DNA of 64,000 nucleotides, from the NCBI GenBank assembly GCA_963664015.2, contig CAXXLF010000001.1, positions 896,001 through 960,000 of the forward strand, written 5' to 3'. Source of the DNA: Candidatus Binatia bacterium (GTDB lineage Bacteria; Desulfobacterota; Binatia; UBA9968; CAXXLF01). This document shows positions 30,568 to 41,158 of this stretch, piece by piece. Every line of letters starts with the position of its first letter. Positions within the stretch are counted from its first letter, which is position 1. The translations under genes were made by a program, and so were the position numbers. The notes beneath the pieces were generated by a model that ran no database searches, was not told where the DNA came from, and saw only the letters and a program-made list of their open reading frames with translations.

Positions 30568-30876
30568 TCAGACCTCGACTTCGATGTCGTCTCCCTCGAC
30601 GCGGGTGTTATATTGGGCGACGCCGTCGGCCGCCGGACTGCTCAACACCGCTCCGGTAGTAATATCGAAGGTTGCACCATGCCACGGACAAGCCACTTGC
30701 GTCCCTTCGAGGATCCCCTCCGATAGCGGCCCGCCACGATGAGTGCAGGTATCATCAATTGCGTAAAACGATCCGTCCACGTTGAACAACGCAATTTTCT
30801 TCCCGCTGGTTTCCACCATTTTACCCTGCCCCGGGGACAGATCGCTTGCCTTTGCAACCTTTACAAATTCCGCCAT
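30568..30876 (-). CDS. Rieske [2Fe-2S] ferredoxin (last gene of SUF operon)
   Basis: CTHRGGPL...CPWHGATFD; 102 aa. Confidence 0.92.
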   Translation of the reverse strand: MAEFVKVAKASDLSPGQGKMVETSGKKIALFNVDGSFYAIDDTCTHRGGPLSEGILEGTQVACPWHGATFDITTGAVLSSPAADGVAQYNTRVEGDDIEVEV

Positions 30877-30943
30877 AGCGCTATTGTCTCCTTTTCCCGT
30901 TATTCTTTGACAGGCTCACACCCAGCCACACCGACAGATCCTA

Positions 30944-31300
30944 TCACATTCCCATTTGAAGCTTAGCCGCCTCGGACATCTTGCTCGGGTCCCAGGGGGG
31001 ATCCCATACGATCTCAACGTGGACATCCGTCACCCCCGAGATATTTGAAATTTTGCTTTTGACTTCTTCCGGTATCGATTGGGCAGCGGGACAATTGGGC
31101 GAGGTGAGAGTCATGGTCACAGTGACCGTACCCGTTGACCCCACATCGACACCGTAGATCAACCCCAGCTCATAGATATCCACTGGGATCTCCGGGTCGA
31201 AGCACGTCCGTAGACTCTCCATCACCTGCTCCTCGACAACGAGGCTATCAATCATTCCCATATAATTCCTTCTAGCGGATGACACGATGGCTTCATTCAA
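30944..31300 (-). CDS. DUF59/MIP18 metal-sulfur cluster assembly factor (short SufT-like)
   Basis: DPEIPVDIYELGLIY, MTLTSPNCP, VWDPPW. Confidence 0.9.
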   Translation of the reverse strand: MNEAIVSSARRNYMGMIDSLVVEEQVMESLRTCFDPEIPVDIYELGLIYGVDVGSTGTVTVTMTLTSPNCPAAQSIPEEVKSKISNISGVTDVHVEIVWDPPWDPSKMSEAAKLQMGM

Positions 31301-31848
31301 AGAATTCCGAACTCGAGCTTGCCAGCCCCCGAAATCATGCTCTGATCCCAGGGCGGGTCCCAGACCAGCACCACGTCGACCTCCTCGATCCCGGGTACAT
31401 CGAGGAGCTTACTGTGGATCTCCTCCCTGAACACGTCTCCCATTCCGCAACCTGGCGCCGTCGAGGTAACCTTGACCTCGACCTTGTTCCGACTACCGGG
31501 CAAAGGAACAATTTGACAATGATAAACTAAGCCAAGATCAACGATATTGATAGGAATATCGGGGTCGAAGCACATTTTAAGCTGATCCCACACCTGACTC
31601 TCAAGGTCCCCAGAGCTCGTCCCACCAGCCTTGATTGAGACCGGAGCGGTTGCTTCTATCCCCAGGGCATCGGCGTCTTTCGCGGCCATGCGGACCATCT
31701 CACCGCGGTCGGTGGTCACCGTGGTCCCGCCACCATGGGACTGAGCGACCCAGACCCGACTTTCAGCAGGAAGGGTAATCCTCTTACCACTAGGGATCTG
31801 AACCGCTTCACAGGCGCGGCTCAGCGTGATCGGCTCGTTACTATTCAT
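31297..31848 (-). CDS. sufT: Fe-S cluster assembly protein SufT (long form)
   Basis: N-terminal CEAVQIPSG domain plus FDPDIPINIVDLGLVY, TAPGCGMG, VWDPPW. Confidence 0.9.
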   Translation of the reverse strand: MNSNEPITLSRACEAVQIPSGKRITLPAESRVWVAQSHGGGTTVTTDRGEMVRMAAKDADALGIEATAPVSIKAGGTSSGDLESQVWDQLKMCFDPDIPINIVDLGLVYHCQIVPLPGSRNKVEVKVTSTAPGCGMGDVFREEIHSKLLDVPGIEEVDVVLVWDPPWDQSMISGAGKLEFGIL

Positions 31849-31883
31849 CTCTCCGACTCCCTCAAGATTTTACAGAGATCCGA

Positions 31884-32354
31884 CTAGGATCCACTTTCTT
31901 CTTCCGTCGATGCAATCTTTTTTTCGCCTTTCAAAGCAGAAACCAAAGTATGCCAGGAAAGGGTAGCACACTTCACGCGAGCTGGGAATTGGGAGACACC
32001 GGACAGTAGAGACAATTTTTTGAGATCCGGATTCTCACCCTGACATTCCTGTTCACCCACGAATATTTTGTGGACCAGATCGAAGAGGGCCTGTGCCTCA
32101 GCTTCTGTTTTTCCCTTCAGGGCATCGGTCATCATGGATGCTGACGCCTTAGAAATCGCGCACCCCATACCCTGAAAGCTGATCTCCTGGATGACTCCAC
32201 CGTTAAGTCGCACATAAACGGTCACCTGATCCCCGCACAGTGGATTATAACCGTCCGCCGACCGGTTTGCGTCTTCCAACTTTCGAAAGTTGTGAGGACT
32301 CTTGTTATGGTCCAGGATTACCTCCTGGTAGAGTTCGCTCAAATCGGACATCAA
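31884..32354 (-). CDS. sufU: SufU sulfur-transfer protein
   Basis: LYQEVILDH, NPLCGD, GCAISKASASMM, FPARVKCATL. Confidence 0.94.
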   Translation of the reverse strand: MMSDLSELYQEVILDHNKSPHNFRKLEDANRSADGYNPLCGDQVTVYVRLNGGVIQEISFQGMGCAISKASASMMTDALKGKTEAEAQALFDLVHKIFVGEQECQGENPDLKKLSLLSGVSQFPARVKCATLSWHTLVSALKGEKKIASTEEESGS

Positions 32355-33622
32355 TCGAATACCTCGATGACTCTATGCAACCCACGTACCAGCGCATCCA
32401 GTTCCTCTTTGGTATTGTATAAGGCCAGTGAGGCTCTCGCCGTAGCTGGCACCCCAAAACGCTGCATCACCGGCATGGCGCAATGATGACCGGTACGGAT
32501 GGCAATCCCTTCCCGATCCAAGATCGTACCAATGTCGTGAGCATGGATCTCACCCAGAACGAATGACAGGACCCCGGCCTTGTTCTTCGCCGTCCCTACC
32601 CTTCGTAAACCTGGAACCTCCGACAGCGCTTCTGTTCCGTAGGAAAGGAGCTGGCTCTCATAGACCTCAATTGCGTCCAGTCCAATTTCATTGACGTAAT
32701 CAACGGCCGCACCCAATCCGATGACGCCGGCGATATGAGGGGTTCCCGCCTCGAATTTATACGGCAGGACATTATAATGAGTCTTTTCGAAGGTCACCAG
32801 GCTTATCATGTCCCCACCACCCTGGTATGGAGGCATAGCCTCGAGCAACTTGGCTTTACCGTAGAGCACACCGATCCCGGTGGGACCAAACAACTTGTGT
32901 CCGGAAAAGGCGTAAAAATCACAACCCAGGTTACGGACATCCACCTTCATATGGGGAGCGGCCTGGGCTCCGTCGACGAGGACCGGGATATCGTATCGAT
33001 GGGCCTCATCGACCATCTGGCGAATCGGATTGATGGTACCAAGGGCATTGGACACATGAGTGATTGCAACCAGCCTTGTTCGGTCATTCAGCAGACTCGT
33101 GTATTCACCCAACAATAGCTCACCGTCGTTGTTGATGGGAATGACGCGGAGCCGGGCTCCTACTTGTTCGCAAAGGATTTGCCAAGGGACGATGTTGGAA
33201 TGATGTTCCATGGCAGAGATGACGATCTCGTCGTCTTTCTTGATAAAGCTCCGGCCGTAGCTCTGAGCCACAAGATTGATGGCCTCGGTGGTGCCACGTA
33301 CAAATATGATCTCCCGAGTGTCTGAAGCGTTGATAAAATTCCTGATCTTCTCGCGCACGTTTTCGTAATCCTGCGTCGCCTGCTCGCTAAGGTGGTGAAC
33401 CCCCCTATGTATGTTGGAGTTTTCAGAAGTATAATAACCGTTAAGGGTATCGATCACAGATTTAGGCTTCTGGCTCGTAGCCGCGTTGTCCAGATAGACC
33501 AGCGGCTTGCCATGAATCGTTTGACCGAGAATCGGGAAATCCTTGCGCACACGCTGAACGTCCAGAGACTGGGGCGTGTCTTTCCACGAATCGGGCACAC
33601 TATTTTGACTTCCGGTGGTCAT
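32351..33622 (-). CDS. sufS: Cysteine desulfurase (group II)
   Basis: YLDNAATSQKP, EHHSN, FSGHK, RTGHHCA. Confidence 0.96.
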   Translation of the reverse strand: MTTGSQNSVPDSWKDTPQSLDVQRVRKDFPILGQTIHGKPLVYLDNAATSQKPKSVIDTLNGYYTSENSNIHRGVHHLSEQATQDYENVREKIRNFINASDTREIIFVRGTTEAINLVAQSYGRSFIKKDDEIVISAMEHHSNIVPWQILCEQVGARLRVIPINNDGELLLGEYTSLLNDRTRLVAITHVSNALGTINPIRQMVDEAHRYDIPVLVDGAQAAPHMKVDVRNLGCDFYAFSGHKLFGPTGIGVLYGKAKLLEAMPPYQGGGDMISLVTFEKTHYNVLPYKFEAGTPHIAGVIGLGAAVDYVNEIGLDAIEVYESQLLSYGTEALSEVPGLRRVGTAKNKAGVLSFVLGEIHAHDIGTILDREGIAIRTGHHCAMPVMQRFGVPATARASLALYNTKEELDALVRGLHRVIEVFD

Positions 33623-33646
33623 TGGGTGATGCCAGGGCTGTGTTGT

Positions 33647-34960
33647 CTACTGCAAACGCGTAAGAAGCGTCTCTTCCAGCCAACTCCGGGTCCGTTCCAA
33701 TCGGATTCGGCCCACGACCTCACTGGCAAAGGCATAGGTCAAAAGCGCTCTCGATTCCTCTAACCCGATACCCCGGGACCGCAGGTAAAAGAGACTATTG
33801 GGATCCAGTTGCCCGACCGATGAACCATGGCTACATTTGACATCGTTATTGTAAATCTCCAACTGGGGTTTGGTATCAATGCTGGCACCTTCGGAGAGCA
33901 GCAGGTTCTTATTGGTCTGCTTCGCATCGGTCTCTCTCGCGTCCGGATGAACGTAGATCTTGCCGTTAAAAACCCCCCTTGACTTACCCGCTAACACTCC
34001 TTTATAGAGCTCCCTGCTCGTACAATGGGGTTTGACGTGATCCACTCGCGTGTGATGGTCGACGTGTTGATTCCCATCTGCCAAGTAGAGACCGTTGAGC
34101 GTGCAATCGCACCCTTCACCGTCCAGTACAGCGTTCAAATCATTACGTGCTAGAACACCCCCCAAAGCAACCGAATGAGACAAGAAGCTGCTGCCACTGT
34201 CCTGATGGATCTGCAGGGTCGCCACGTGGAACGCCTGCCGGCTTTCCCGCTGCAACTTGATATGCTCGACCACCGCGTTCTCGCCCATCACGACTTCAGT
34301 AACCGCGTTGGTAAAATAGGCCTCATCGTCCATCCCCACATAGCTTTCCACCACGGTAACCTGACTGTTGGACTCGGCTACGATCAAATTTCGTGGATAC
34401 GACGCACTCGCCTCGTCCTGACCGGTGGAGAGATACAACAGGTGAATGGGCTCATGGAGAACCGCGCCCTGGGGCAAATAGATGAACGCACCGTCTTTCA
34501 TCAAGGCCGTATTAAGGGCGACAAAGGCCTGCTCCTGATAACTGGCGTAACGGGCCCAATGGGAGTCCACCCCTGCCACAGCGCCACCCATGGCCGCCGT
34601 GAGGCTACCGGCCAGGATTTGCTCGGGTAAACGCGTCACCGACGAATGCTCAGGAGCGTAGTAACCATTTATGAAAACAAGCCGATTCTCCGTTTTAGCG
34701 TCCAGGGCAGCGCGTAGCACGCTTTGGGAAGTGAGGCCATCCGGCTGGTGCTTAGCCGGTTGGAATGGAACCTTGGCTATGGGAGCGACACTGGTGTACT
34801 TCCACTCCTCGTTTCCGGTCGTTGGGAATCCCATATCAAAGAAACGGGAGATTGCCTGCCTGCGGATGTCGCGGGTCCATGACTGGCCATTACGAAGCCC
34901 CTTCTCAAACCGATCAAACTGAGTTCGGTAGAGATCCATGACGTCAACCGTTGCCATCAT
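33647..34960 (-). CDS. sufD: Fe-S cluster assembly protein SufD
   Basis: [29 protein letters not shown]. Confidence 0.95.
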   Translation of the reverse strand: MMATVDVMDLYRTQFDRFEKGLRNGQSWTRDIRRQAISRFFDMGFPTTGNEEWKYTSVAPIAKVPFQPAKHQPDGLTSQSVLRAALDAKTENRLVFINGYYAPEHSSVTRLPEQILAGSLTAAMGGAVAGVDSHWARYASYQEQAFVALNTALMKDGAFIYLPQGAVLHEPIHLLYLSTGQDEASASYPRNLIVAESNSQVTVVESYVGMDDEAYFTNAVTEVVMGENAVVEHIKLQRESRQAFHVATLQIHQDSGSSFLSHSVALGGVLARNDLNAVLDGEGCDCTLNGLYLADGNQHVDHHTRVDHVKPHCTSRELYKGVLAGKSRGVFNGKIYVHPDARETDAKQTNKNLLLSEGASIDTKPQLEIYNNDVKCSHGSSVGQLDPNSLFYLRSRGIGLEESRALLTYAFASEVVGRIRLERTRSWLEETLLTRLQ

Positions 34961-35778
34961 GTCTGGGTGCTTGTCCCCAAGTCTGCTTGTGGGCCGCGGA
35001 CTTTTTCTTCAATCCAACCGTAACCTTTTTTCTCCAGCTCAAGAGCAAGACTCTTGTCGCCGGATTTTACTATTTGCCCGTCGGAGAGCACGTGAACAAA
35101 ATCCGGAACGATATAGTTCAACAACCTCTGGTAATGAGTAATCAAGATCATCGCGTTCTCTGAACTGCGAAGGGCATTTACGCCATTGGCTACGATCTTC
35201 AAGGCATCGATATCCAGTCCCGAATCGGTCTCGTCAAGGATGGCGAGCTTAGGTTCCAATACGGCCATCTGAAAGACTTCGTTGCGCTTTTTCTCACCAC
35301 CGGAGAACCCCTCGTTGATCGAGCGGTTGAGAAGGCCCTGATCCATTTCCACCAGTTTCGTTTTCTCCTTCGCCAGGGCAAGAAAGTCCATGGCGTCCAG
35401 CTCCTGAAGGCCACGTGCCTTGCGAAGGGCATTCAAAGCGGCCTTGAGAAAATAGGCGGTGCTCACACCGGGTATTTCCACCGGGTACTGGAAGGCGAGG
35501 AAGATACCTCGATGGGCCCGATCCTCCGGGGCCATCTTGAGCAAATCCTCTCCTTCATAGGTCACCGTCCCGGAAGTGATTTCATACCCTTCACGACCGG
35601 CAAGGACATGGGACAGGGTACTTTTCCCGGAGCCGTTGGGCCCCATAATCGCATGCACCTCCCCGGCCCTCACCGTTAGATCGATTCCCTTCAAAATTTC
35701 GGTGTCGCCCACACTGGCGTGCAAGTTTTTGATGCTCAACATGACCTTCTTATCCTGTCCTGCCATAACTCTAACCAA
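34957..35778 (-). CDS. sufC: Fe-S cluster assembly ATPase SufC
   Basis: [41 protein letters not shown]. Confidence 0.97.
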   Translation of the reverse strand: MVRVMAGQDKKVMLSIKNLHASVGDTEILKGIDLTVRAGEVHAIMGPNGSGKSTLSHVLAGREGYEITSGTVTYEGEDLLKMAPEDRAHRGIFLAFQYPVEIPGVSTAYFLKAALNALRKARGLQELDAMDFLALAKEKTKLVEMDQGLLNRSINEGFSGGEKKRNEVFQMAVLEPKLAILDETDSGLDIDALKIVANGVNALRSSENAMILITHYQRLLNYIVPDFVHVLSDGQIVKSGDKSLALELEKKGYGWIEEKVRGPQADLGTSTQT

Positions 35779-37219
35779 CGCTCCCTTCCAGGCTCACGCC
35801 CAGAAGTTTCTGGGCTTCCACGGCAAATTCCATGGGCAGCTCTCGGAAAACCTGCTTACAAAACCCATTGACAATCATGGTGATGGCGTCCTCGGCTGAT
35901 ATTCCCCGCTGCTTGCAATAGAAAAGCTGATCCTCTCCGATCTTGGAGGTCGAGGCTTCATGTTCAATTTGGGCAGAATTATTCAAGACCTCCAGATAGG
36001 GAAAGGTGTGAGCGCCGCATTGATCACCCAGGAGCAGTGAATCGCATTGGGAGTAATTGCGGGCACCCGTCGCACCTTTGAGCACCTTGACCAGCCCCCG
36101 ATAGCTGTTCTGCCCATGGCCCGCGGAGATCCCCTTGGAGAGGATCGTGCTCCGGGTGTTTTTGCCCATGTGAATCATCTTGGTCCCCGTATCCGCCTGC
36201 TGGTAATTGTTGGTCAGGGCTACCGAGTAAAACTCCCCCACCGAGTTGTCTCCCTGAAGGATACAGCTCGGATATTTCCACGTAATGGCCGAGCCCGTTT
36301 CCACCTGGGTCCAGGAGATCTTCGAGTTCTTGCCAAGACATTTGCCGCGCTTGGTGACAAAGTTGTAGATGCCCCCTTTCCCCTCTTTGTCGCCGGGGTA
36401 CCAGTTTTGCACCGTCGAATATTTGATCTGGGCATTGTCCAGGGCGACCAATTCGACTACCGCCGCATGCAATTGATTAATGTCTCGCATGGGTGCCGTA
36501 CAGCCTTCCAGGTAACTGACGTAGCTGCCCTCTTCAGCAACGATCAGGGTGCGTTCGAACTGACCCGTCTCAGCCGCATTGATACGAAAATAGGTCGACA
36601 ACTCCATGGGGCAACGAACACCCTTTGGGACATAGCAAAAGGAGCCGTCGCTGAAGACCGCCGAATTCAGCGTGGCAAAAAAGTTATCCGTGTAGGGGAC
36701 GACGGAACCCAGGTACTGCCGAACCAGTTCAGGATAATCGCGGACCGCATCGGAAAACGAGCCGAAGATGATCCCCATCTCGGCCAGCTTCCCCTTGAAG
36801 GTAGTGGCCACGGAGACACTGTCGAACACCGCGTCGACGGCAACTCCGGCTAGTTTTTCCTGTTCCTTGAGCGGGATACCGAGCTTTTCATAGGTCTTTA
36901 GCAGCTCAGGATCCACCTCCTCCAGGCTCTTGGGACGATCGCTCTGCGCCGTGGGGGCCGCATAGTAAATCATGTCCTGGTAGTCAATGGGAGGATAATC
37001 GACATTGGCCCATTTGGGGGCGCCTTCTTTTTTCTCTAATTTGACCCAATGCCGGAAGGCGCGAAGGCGCCAATCGAGCAACCACTCGGGCTCGTTCTTC
37101 TTCGCAGAAATCATTCGGACAATCCCCTCGTTCAACCCGCGAGGGATTGTGTCCGAAGCGATATCCGTGACGAAACCGTACTTATAGTCTTGCCCAATTA
37201 AGGAATTTTCGGGAGTCAT
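35771..37219 (-). CDS. sufB: Fe-S cluster assembly protein SufB
   Basis: [44 protein letters not shown] end. Confidence 0.98.
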   Translation of the reverse strand: MTPENSLIGQDYKYGFVTDIASDTIPRGLNEGIVRMISAKKNEPEWLLDWRLRAFRHWVKLEKKEGAPKWANVDYPPIDYQDMIYYAAPTAQSDRPKSLEEVDPELLKTYEKLGIPLKEQEKLAGVAVDAVFDSVSVATTFKGKLAEMGIIFGSFSDAVRDYPELVRQYLGSVVPYTDNFFATLNSAVFSDGSFCYVPKGVRCPMELSTYFRINAAETGQFERTLIVAEEGSYVSYLEGCTAPMRDINQLHAAVVELVALDNAQIKYSTVQNWYPGDKEGKGGIYNFVTKRGKCLGKNSKISWTQVETGSAITWKYPSCILQGDNSVGEFYSVALTNNYQQADTGTKMIHMGKNTRSTILSKGISAGHGQNSYRGLVKVLKGATGARNYSQCDSLLLGDQCGAHTFPYLEVLNNSAQIEHEASTSKIGEDQLFYCKQRGISAEDAITMIVNGFCKQVFRELPMEFAVEAQKLLGVSLEGSVG

Positions 37220-37298
37220 AAATAGTCCATTTTAAGTATCCGCTTAGCCCAAAGAAAAGCGAGAAGCGATTGACGGCAGGAAGCGGAGCCGAACAGCC

Positions 37299-37790
37299 TC
37301 ACGCCGACACGGCGTTCTTGACCAGCCATCGCTCCTTCATGATCTTATCCTGAATCCGCAGTAACCCCTCGGTAAGGGCCTCGGGCCTGGGAGGACAGCC
37401 CGGGACATAAACGTCGACTGGAATGATCTTGTCGACTCCTTTGCACACCGAGTAGGCCAACTGAAAGAGACCGCCACAATTGGCACAGCTACCCATGGAG
37501 ATCACGTATTTCGGATCTGGCATCTGGTCATAGAGGAGCTTGGTCCGTTTGGCCATCTTGTAAGTCAGCGTGCCAGCCACGATCATCAGGTCCGATTGGC
37601 GTGGTGTCGCACGTGGGACACAGCCGAACCGGTCTATATCGGCTCGCGGTCCGCCAGTCTGCATCATCTCAATGGCACAGCAGGCCAGTCCGAACAGCAT
37701 GTACCACTGGGATGACGCCCTGCCCCAATTTAGGAGGTCATCCACCTTTGTGGTGAAGACGGTTTCAGGTAAGGTGTTGGTAATCGGCAT
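37299..37790 (-). CDS. nuoB: NADH-quinone oxidoreductase subunit B-like protein (stand-alone)
   Basis: [45 protein letters not shown]; all four N2 cluster Cys present; GGAG RBS. Confidence 0.93.
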   Translation of the reverse strand: MPITNTLPETVFTTKVDDLLNWGRASSQWYMLFGLACCAIEMMQTGGPRADIDRFGCVPRATPRQSDLMIVAGTLTYKMAKRTKLLYDQMPDPKYVISMGSCANCGGLFQLAYSVCKGVDKIIPVDVYVPGCPPRPEALTEGLLRIQDKIMKERWLVKNAVSA

Positions 37791-37885
37791 TAATCTCCTC
37801 CGGTATTGTTATTGATTTAGTCTTATCGTTACCTGTAAATACCCTATTATGCTGGAACTCTCAACCAAGACAGTTTCTTCCACAA

Positions 37886-37910
37886 AAAGTGGACCTATTG
37901 CATCTACTTT
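37886..37910. promoter_or_regulatory. Putative Rrf2 operator upstream of nuoB-suf
   Basis: Imperfect palindrome AAAGTGGA-N9-TCTACTTT; core TGGACCTATTGCATCTA resembles the site at 38471-38487. Confidence 0.55.
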
Positions 37911-37924
37911 GAGGTCAAAAAAAC

Positions 37925-38368
37925 TCAAATCTGAGCCGCGTCGATCTCCCGCCGCTTGAGACCACCTTCGTCCGCAATGCTCCCTAGGGAAATCCCCGCG
38001 AGGTAATTTGTCAGGAGCCTCTGAGCCTTCTCCCACACGGAGATCTGGGTACAAACCCCATCGTAAGGGCAGGTAAGCTCCTTTTTATCCAGGCACTCCA
38101 TGAGGAGCAGGGGTTTCTCAACAGCTTCGTAGACCTCTTTGAGACTGATAAAGTCAGCCGATTTGGCCAGGCTAAAGCCGCCTCTACAACCAACATGAGA
38201 CTTCACCAATCCTCTAGCAACCAGATCCTTCATTATTTTGGACAAATAATGCGATGGTATATCCTGTCTTTGGGTGATCTCACGGCTTCCAATGACCCGA
38301 TCGATAGGCTGAGCTGCCAGGTATGAAAGTGCTCGGACGGCGTAATCAACGCGGCGCCCGACATTCAT
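37925..38368 (-). CDS. Rrf2-family Fe-S-binding transcriptional regulator (IscR/NsrR/SufR-like)
   Basis: DYAVRAL, YLSKIM..LV..GLV.S..G..GGFSLAK, C-x7-C-x5-C triad. Confidence 0.92.
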   Translation of the reverse strand: MNVGRRVDYAVRALSYLAAQPIDRVIGSREITQRQDIPSHYLSKIMKDLVARGLVKSHVGCRGGFSLAKSADFISLKEVYEAVEKPLLLMECLDKKELTCPYDGVCTQISVWEKAQRLLTNYLAGISLGSIADEGGLKRREIDAAQI

Positions 38369-38466
38369 CAAGGAACTTCTATCGCTTTTTGTAGACTTTA
38401 ATGAGCCGTCAGCCTGCACGGGGTGACACCTTCCTTTAAAAGTCGCTTAAAAGACACTATTTCAGT

Positions 38467-38496
38467 AATATAGACCTAGAAAATCCATAATGTCAA
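38467..38496 (-). promoter_or_regulatory. sigma70 promoter of rrf2 with an operator-like site in the spacer
   Basis: Minus strand TTGACA (38496-38491)-N18-TATATT (38472-38467); TAGACCTAGAAAATCCA at 38471-38487 overlaps the spacer. Confidence 0.65.
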
Positions 38497-38667
38497 TAGG
38501 CGCAAGGGAACCTGAAAACTGTGGAATTGCAGCCAATCCTCTGATTGAACGTTGACTTACCGGTCAATCGAGGAGGAACCACGACCCAGCGTGCCGTCCG
38601 CCACCGCCGAGAGAACTGCCAGGTAAGAACCCTCCCCTAATGGCTAAAGGTGTGATATTAACCAGGT

Positions 38668-39198
38668 ATGTCCATTCTCAAGGTAGCCAGACTCGGCCAT
38701 CCCGTACTGCGTAACCGTGCCGAGCCCCTAGACCCGAAAGAGATTACCACTGCCGAGACTCAGCAGTTGATCGGCGACATGGTCGAGACGATGAACGAGT
38801 ATGACGGCGTGGGCCTCGCCGCCGTCCAGGTCCATGTTTCACGCCAGATAGCCGTCCTGGAGGTGGCTGATAACCCCCGCTATCCGGGTAAAGAGAAGGT
38901 GCCCCTATCGGTTCTGATCAACCCGACGATCGAGCCGGTCACGCAGGATATGGAGGAGGACTGGGAAGGGTGCCTGAGTATCAATGAATTACGGGGCAAG
39001 GTGCCACGCTATACGAAAATCAAGGTCGCGGGGTGGGACCGGGAGGGAAAACAACTCGACTTCATCGCAACGGATTTTCATGCTCGAGTCATCCAACACG
39101 AATGGGATCACCTGCAAGGAAAAGTCTACCTGGATCGAATGAAGGACCTAACCACTCTCACCTACCGGACTGAACTCTCCCGCTACTGGATTAAATGA
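38668..39198 (+). CDS. def: Peptide deformylase
   Basis: GVGLAA.Q, EGCLS, QHEWDHLQG. Confidence 0.96.
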   Translation: MSILKVARLGHPVLRNRAEPLDPKEITTAETQQLIGDMVETMNEYDGVGLAAVQVHVSRQIAVLEVADNPRYPGKEKVPLSVLINPTIEPVTQDMEEDWEGCLSINELRGKVPRYTKIKVAGWDREGKQLDFIATDFHARVIQHEWDHLQGKVYLDRMKDLTTLTYRTELSRYWIK

Positions 39199-39346
39199 AG
39201 CCTCCACCGGCAAACGCCCGTAGCATCCTCCCTTGTCTTCGGCGGAATCCGCAGTCGCAGCCTGCTTGCCTACTCCGCAGAAGCGACCGCCCCGGCTGCG
39301 AAGGCGGATAAAATTTAAAAAAGTCGCCTAAAACCCAAGAGTCGGC

Positions 39347-41158
39347 TCAATCGTCAACCACGGTTTTGATTCCCAGCTCCCTAAGCTGCTTCGGTTTTAC
39401 GTTGCTGGGCGCGTCCGTGAGCAGGCACACGGCCTTTTGGCTCTTGGGAAAAGCAATCACGTCCCGGAGTGACTTGGCACCGCTAAGCAGCATCGCAAGA
39501 CGGTCGATCCCAAAGGCAATCCCTCCGTGGGGCGGCGCACCGAAGCTCAGTGCCTCAAGGAAAAAACCGAACTGGGCTTCTGCCTCGTCATGACCGATAC
39601 CGAGGAGCTCCAGGATCTTCCGCTGCAGCTCCACCTGATGGATACGGATACTCCCACCGCCGACCTCGACACCGTTCAGGACCAGGTCATAGGCGCGTGA
39701 GCGTACCTTCAAGGGGTCGCTTACGAGTAATTCGATGTCTTCTTCCCTGGGTGCCGTGAACGGGTGATGGATAGAGACATAACGTTTCTCCCCCGGATCG
39801 TATTCCAGGAGAGGGAAATCAACGGTCCACGACAGGCTGTACTCCTCCATGGCCTTTAGCCCCATCTTCTCGACCAAGCGCAGCCGGAGATTGGCCAGGG
39901 ACTCGTATACGATCCTCGGTTTATCAGCACAAAAGAGGATGATGTCCCCTTCCTTTGCCTTGGTAATATCCTGAATATGTTTCCGTTCACCTTCGGATAG
40001 GAACTTTGCCAAGGGCGATTGCCAACCCTTGTCTGTGATCTTGATCCAGGCCATGCCCTTGGCGCCGAAATCGGCAATGTAGGCAGTCAGGTCGTCCAAA
40101 TCCTTACGTGAGAGGCTGGCCCCTCCCGGCACACAAAGGCCTTTGACGATTCCGCCATTTTCCAAAGCCCGGGCAAAGATCGCAACTTTGGACCCCTGGA
40201 AGGCGTCGGAGAACTCGGACAGCTCGAGGCCATAGCGGAGGTCCGGTTTATCTGAACCGTAGAGCGACATGGCATCCACATAGGAGAGGCGCGGGAACGG
40301 TGTCCGGATCTCTATGCCTTTGAGCTCCTTGAACACCAGGGCGATCATCCCTTCCACAGCGCTATAGACGTCCTCCGGCTGGACGAACGACATCTCCACG
40401 TCTAGCTGGGTAAACTCGGGCTGCCGGTCCGCCCGCAGATCCTCGTCGCGGAAGCAGCGCACGACCTGAAAATAACGGTCGATTCCTCCTACCATGAGGA
40501 TCTGCTTGAAGAGTTGCGGCGACTGGGGCAACGCATAAAACTTGCCGGGATAGATCCGGCTAGGGACCAGATAGTCCCTCGCCCCTTCCGGCGTGCTCTT
40601 GGTCAGCATCGGTGTCTCGACCTCGATAAATCCCTTGCCGTCCAGATAGTCACGAATATGCTTCACCATCCGATGGCGCAGGGTGAGGTGCTGCAGGCTC
40701 TGGGGCCGCCGAATGTCTAGGTAGCGATATTTGAGGCGCGTATTCTCATTGGCCTCGGTCTCGTCCTCCACGGAAAAAGGCGGTACCCGGGAAGCGCTCA
40801 GGAGCTTGACCTCCCGGACCATCAGCTCGACTTCGCCCGTAACCATTTCGGGATTGATGGTCTCGGGAATACGCTTGGCCAGGACCCCGCGGACGGCGAT
40901 AACATCTTCGTGCCGGATATGTTTCGCTTTCTCGTGAGACGCAGGATCGATCTCTGGATTAAAGACCACCTGAACGATTCCCGTGCGATCGCGCAGGTCG
41001 ACAAAGATGAGTCCCCCATGATCGCGACGGCGCAGGGCCCAGCCCATTAGGGTCAACTCCTTATCGACAGACGTTAGGCCAGACTCGCCGCAGTAGCAGC
41101 TTCGCTTCCAATCGCCCAGCGGGTCGGAGAAGACTCTTTCTGTTGTTTCCTGACTCAT
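39347..41158 (-). CDS. aspS: Aspartate--tRNA ligase
   Basis: [65 protein letters not shown]. Confidence 0.98.
   Translation of the reverse strand: MSQETTERVFSDPLGDWKRSCYCGESGLTSVDKELTLMGWALRRRDHGGLIFVDLRDRTGIVQVVFNPEIDPASHEKAKHIRHEDVIAVRGVLAKRIPETINPEMVTGEVELMVREVKLLSASRVPPFSVEDETEANENTRLKYRYLDIRRPQSLQHLTLRHRMVKHIRDYLDGKGFIEVETPMLTKSTPEGARDYLVPSRIYPGKFYALPQSPQLFKQILMVGGIDRYFQVVRCFRDEDLRADRQPEFTQLDVEMSFVQPEDVYSAVEGMIALVFKELKGIEIRTPFPRLSYVDAMSLYGSDKPDLRYGLELSEFSDAFQGSKVAIFARALENGGIVKGLCVPGGASLSRKDLDDLTAYIADFGAKGMAWIKITDKGWQSPLAKFLSEGERKHIQDITKAKEGDIILFCADKPRIVYESLANLRLRLVEKMGLKAMEEYSLSWTVDFPLLEYDPGEKRYVSIHHPFTAPREEDIELLVSDPLKVRSRAYDLVLNGVEVGGGSIRIHQVELQRKILELLGIGHDEAEAQFGFFLEALSFGAPPHGGIAFGIDRLAMLLSGAKSLRDVIAFPKSQKAVCLLTDAPSNVKPKQLRELGIKTVVDD

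Noticed and set aside
36047-36853. 268-aa plus-strand ORF
   Set aside because: Antisense shadow of sufB.
38552-38567. TTGAC-N6-GTCAA palindrome between rrf2 and def, considered as an FNR/CRP site
   Set aside because: Spacing and sequence do not fit TTGAT-N4-ATCAA, and I noticed only this copy.
39240-39310. GC-rich inverted repeat (CGCAGCC/GGCTGCG) between convergent def and aspS, considered as ncRNA or REP
   Set aside because: I noticed no second copy; a terminator-like structure between convergent genes explains it.
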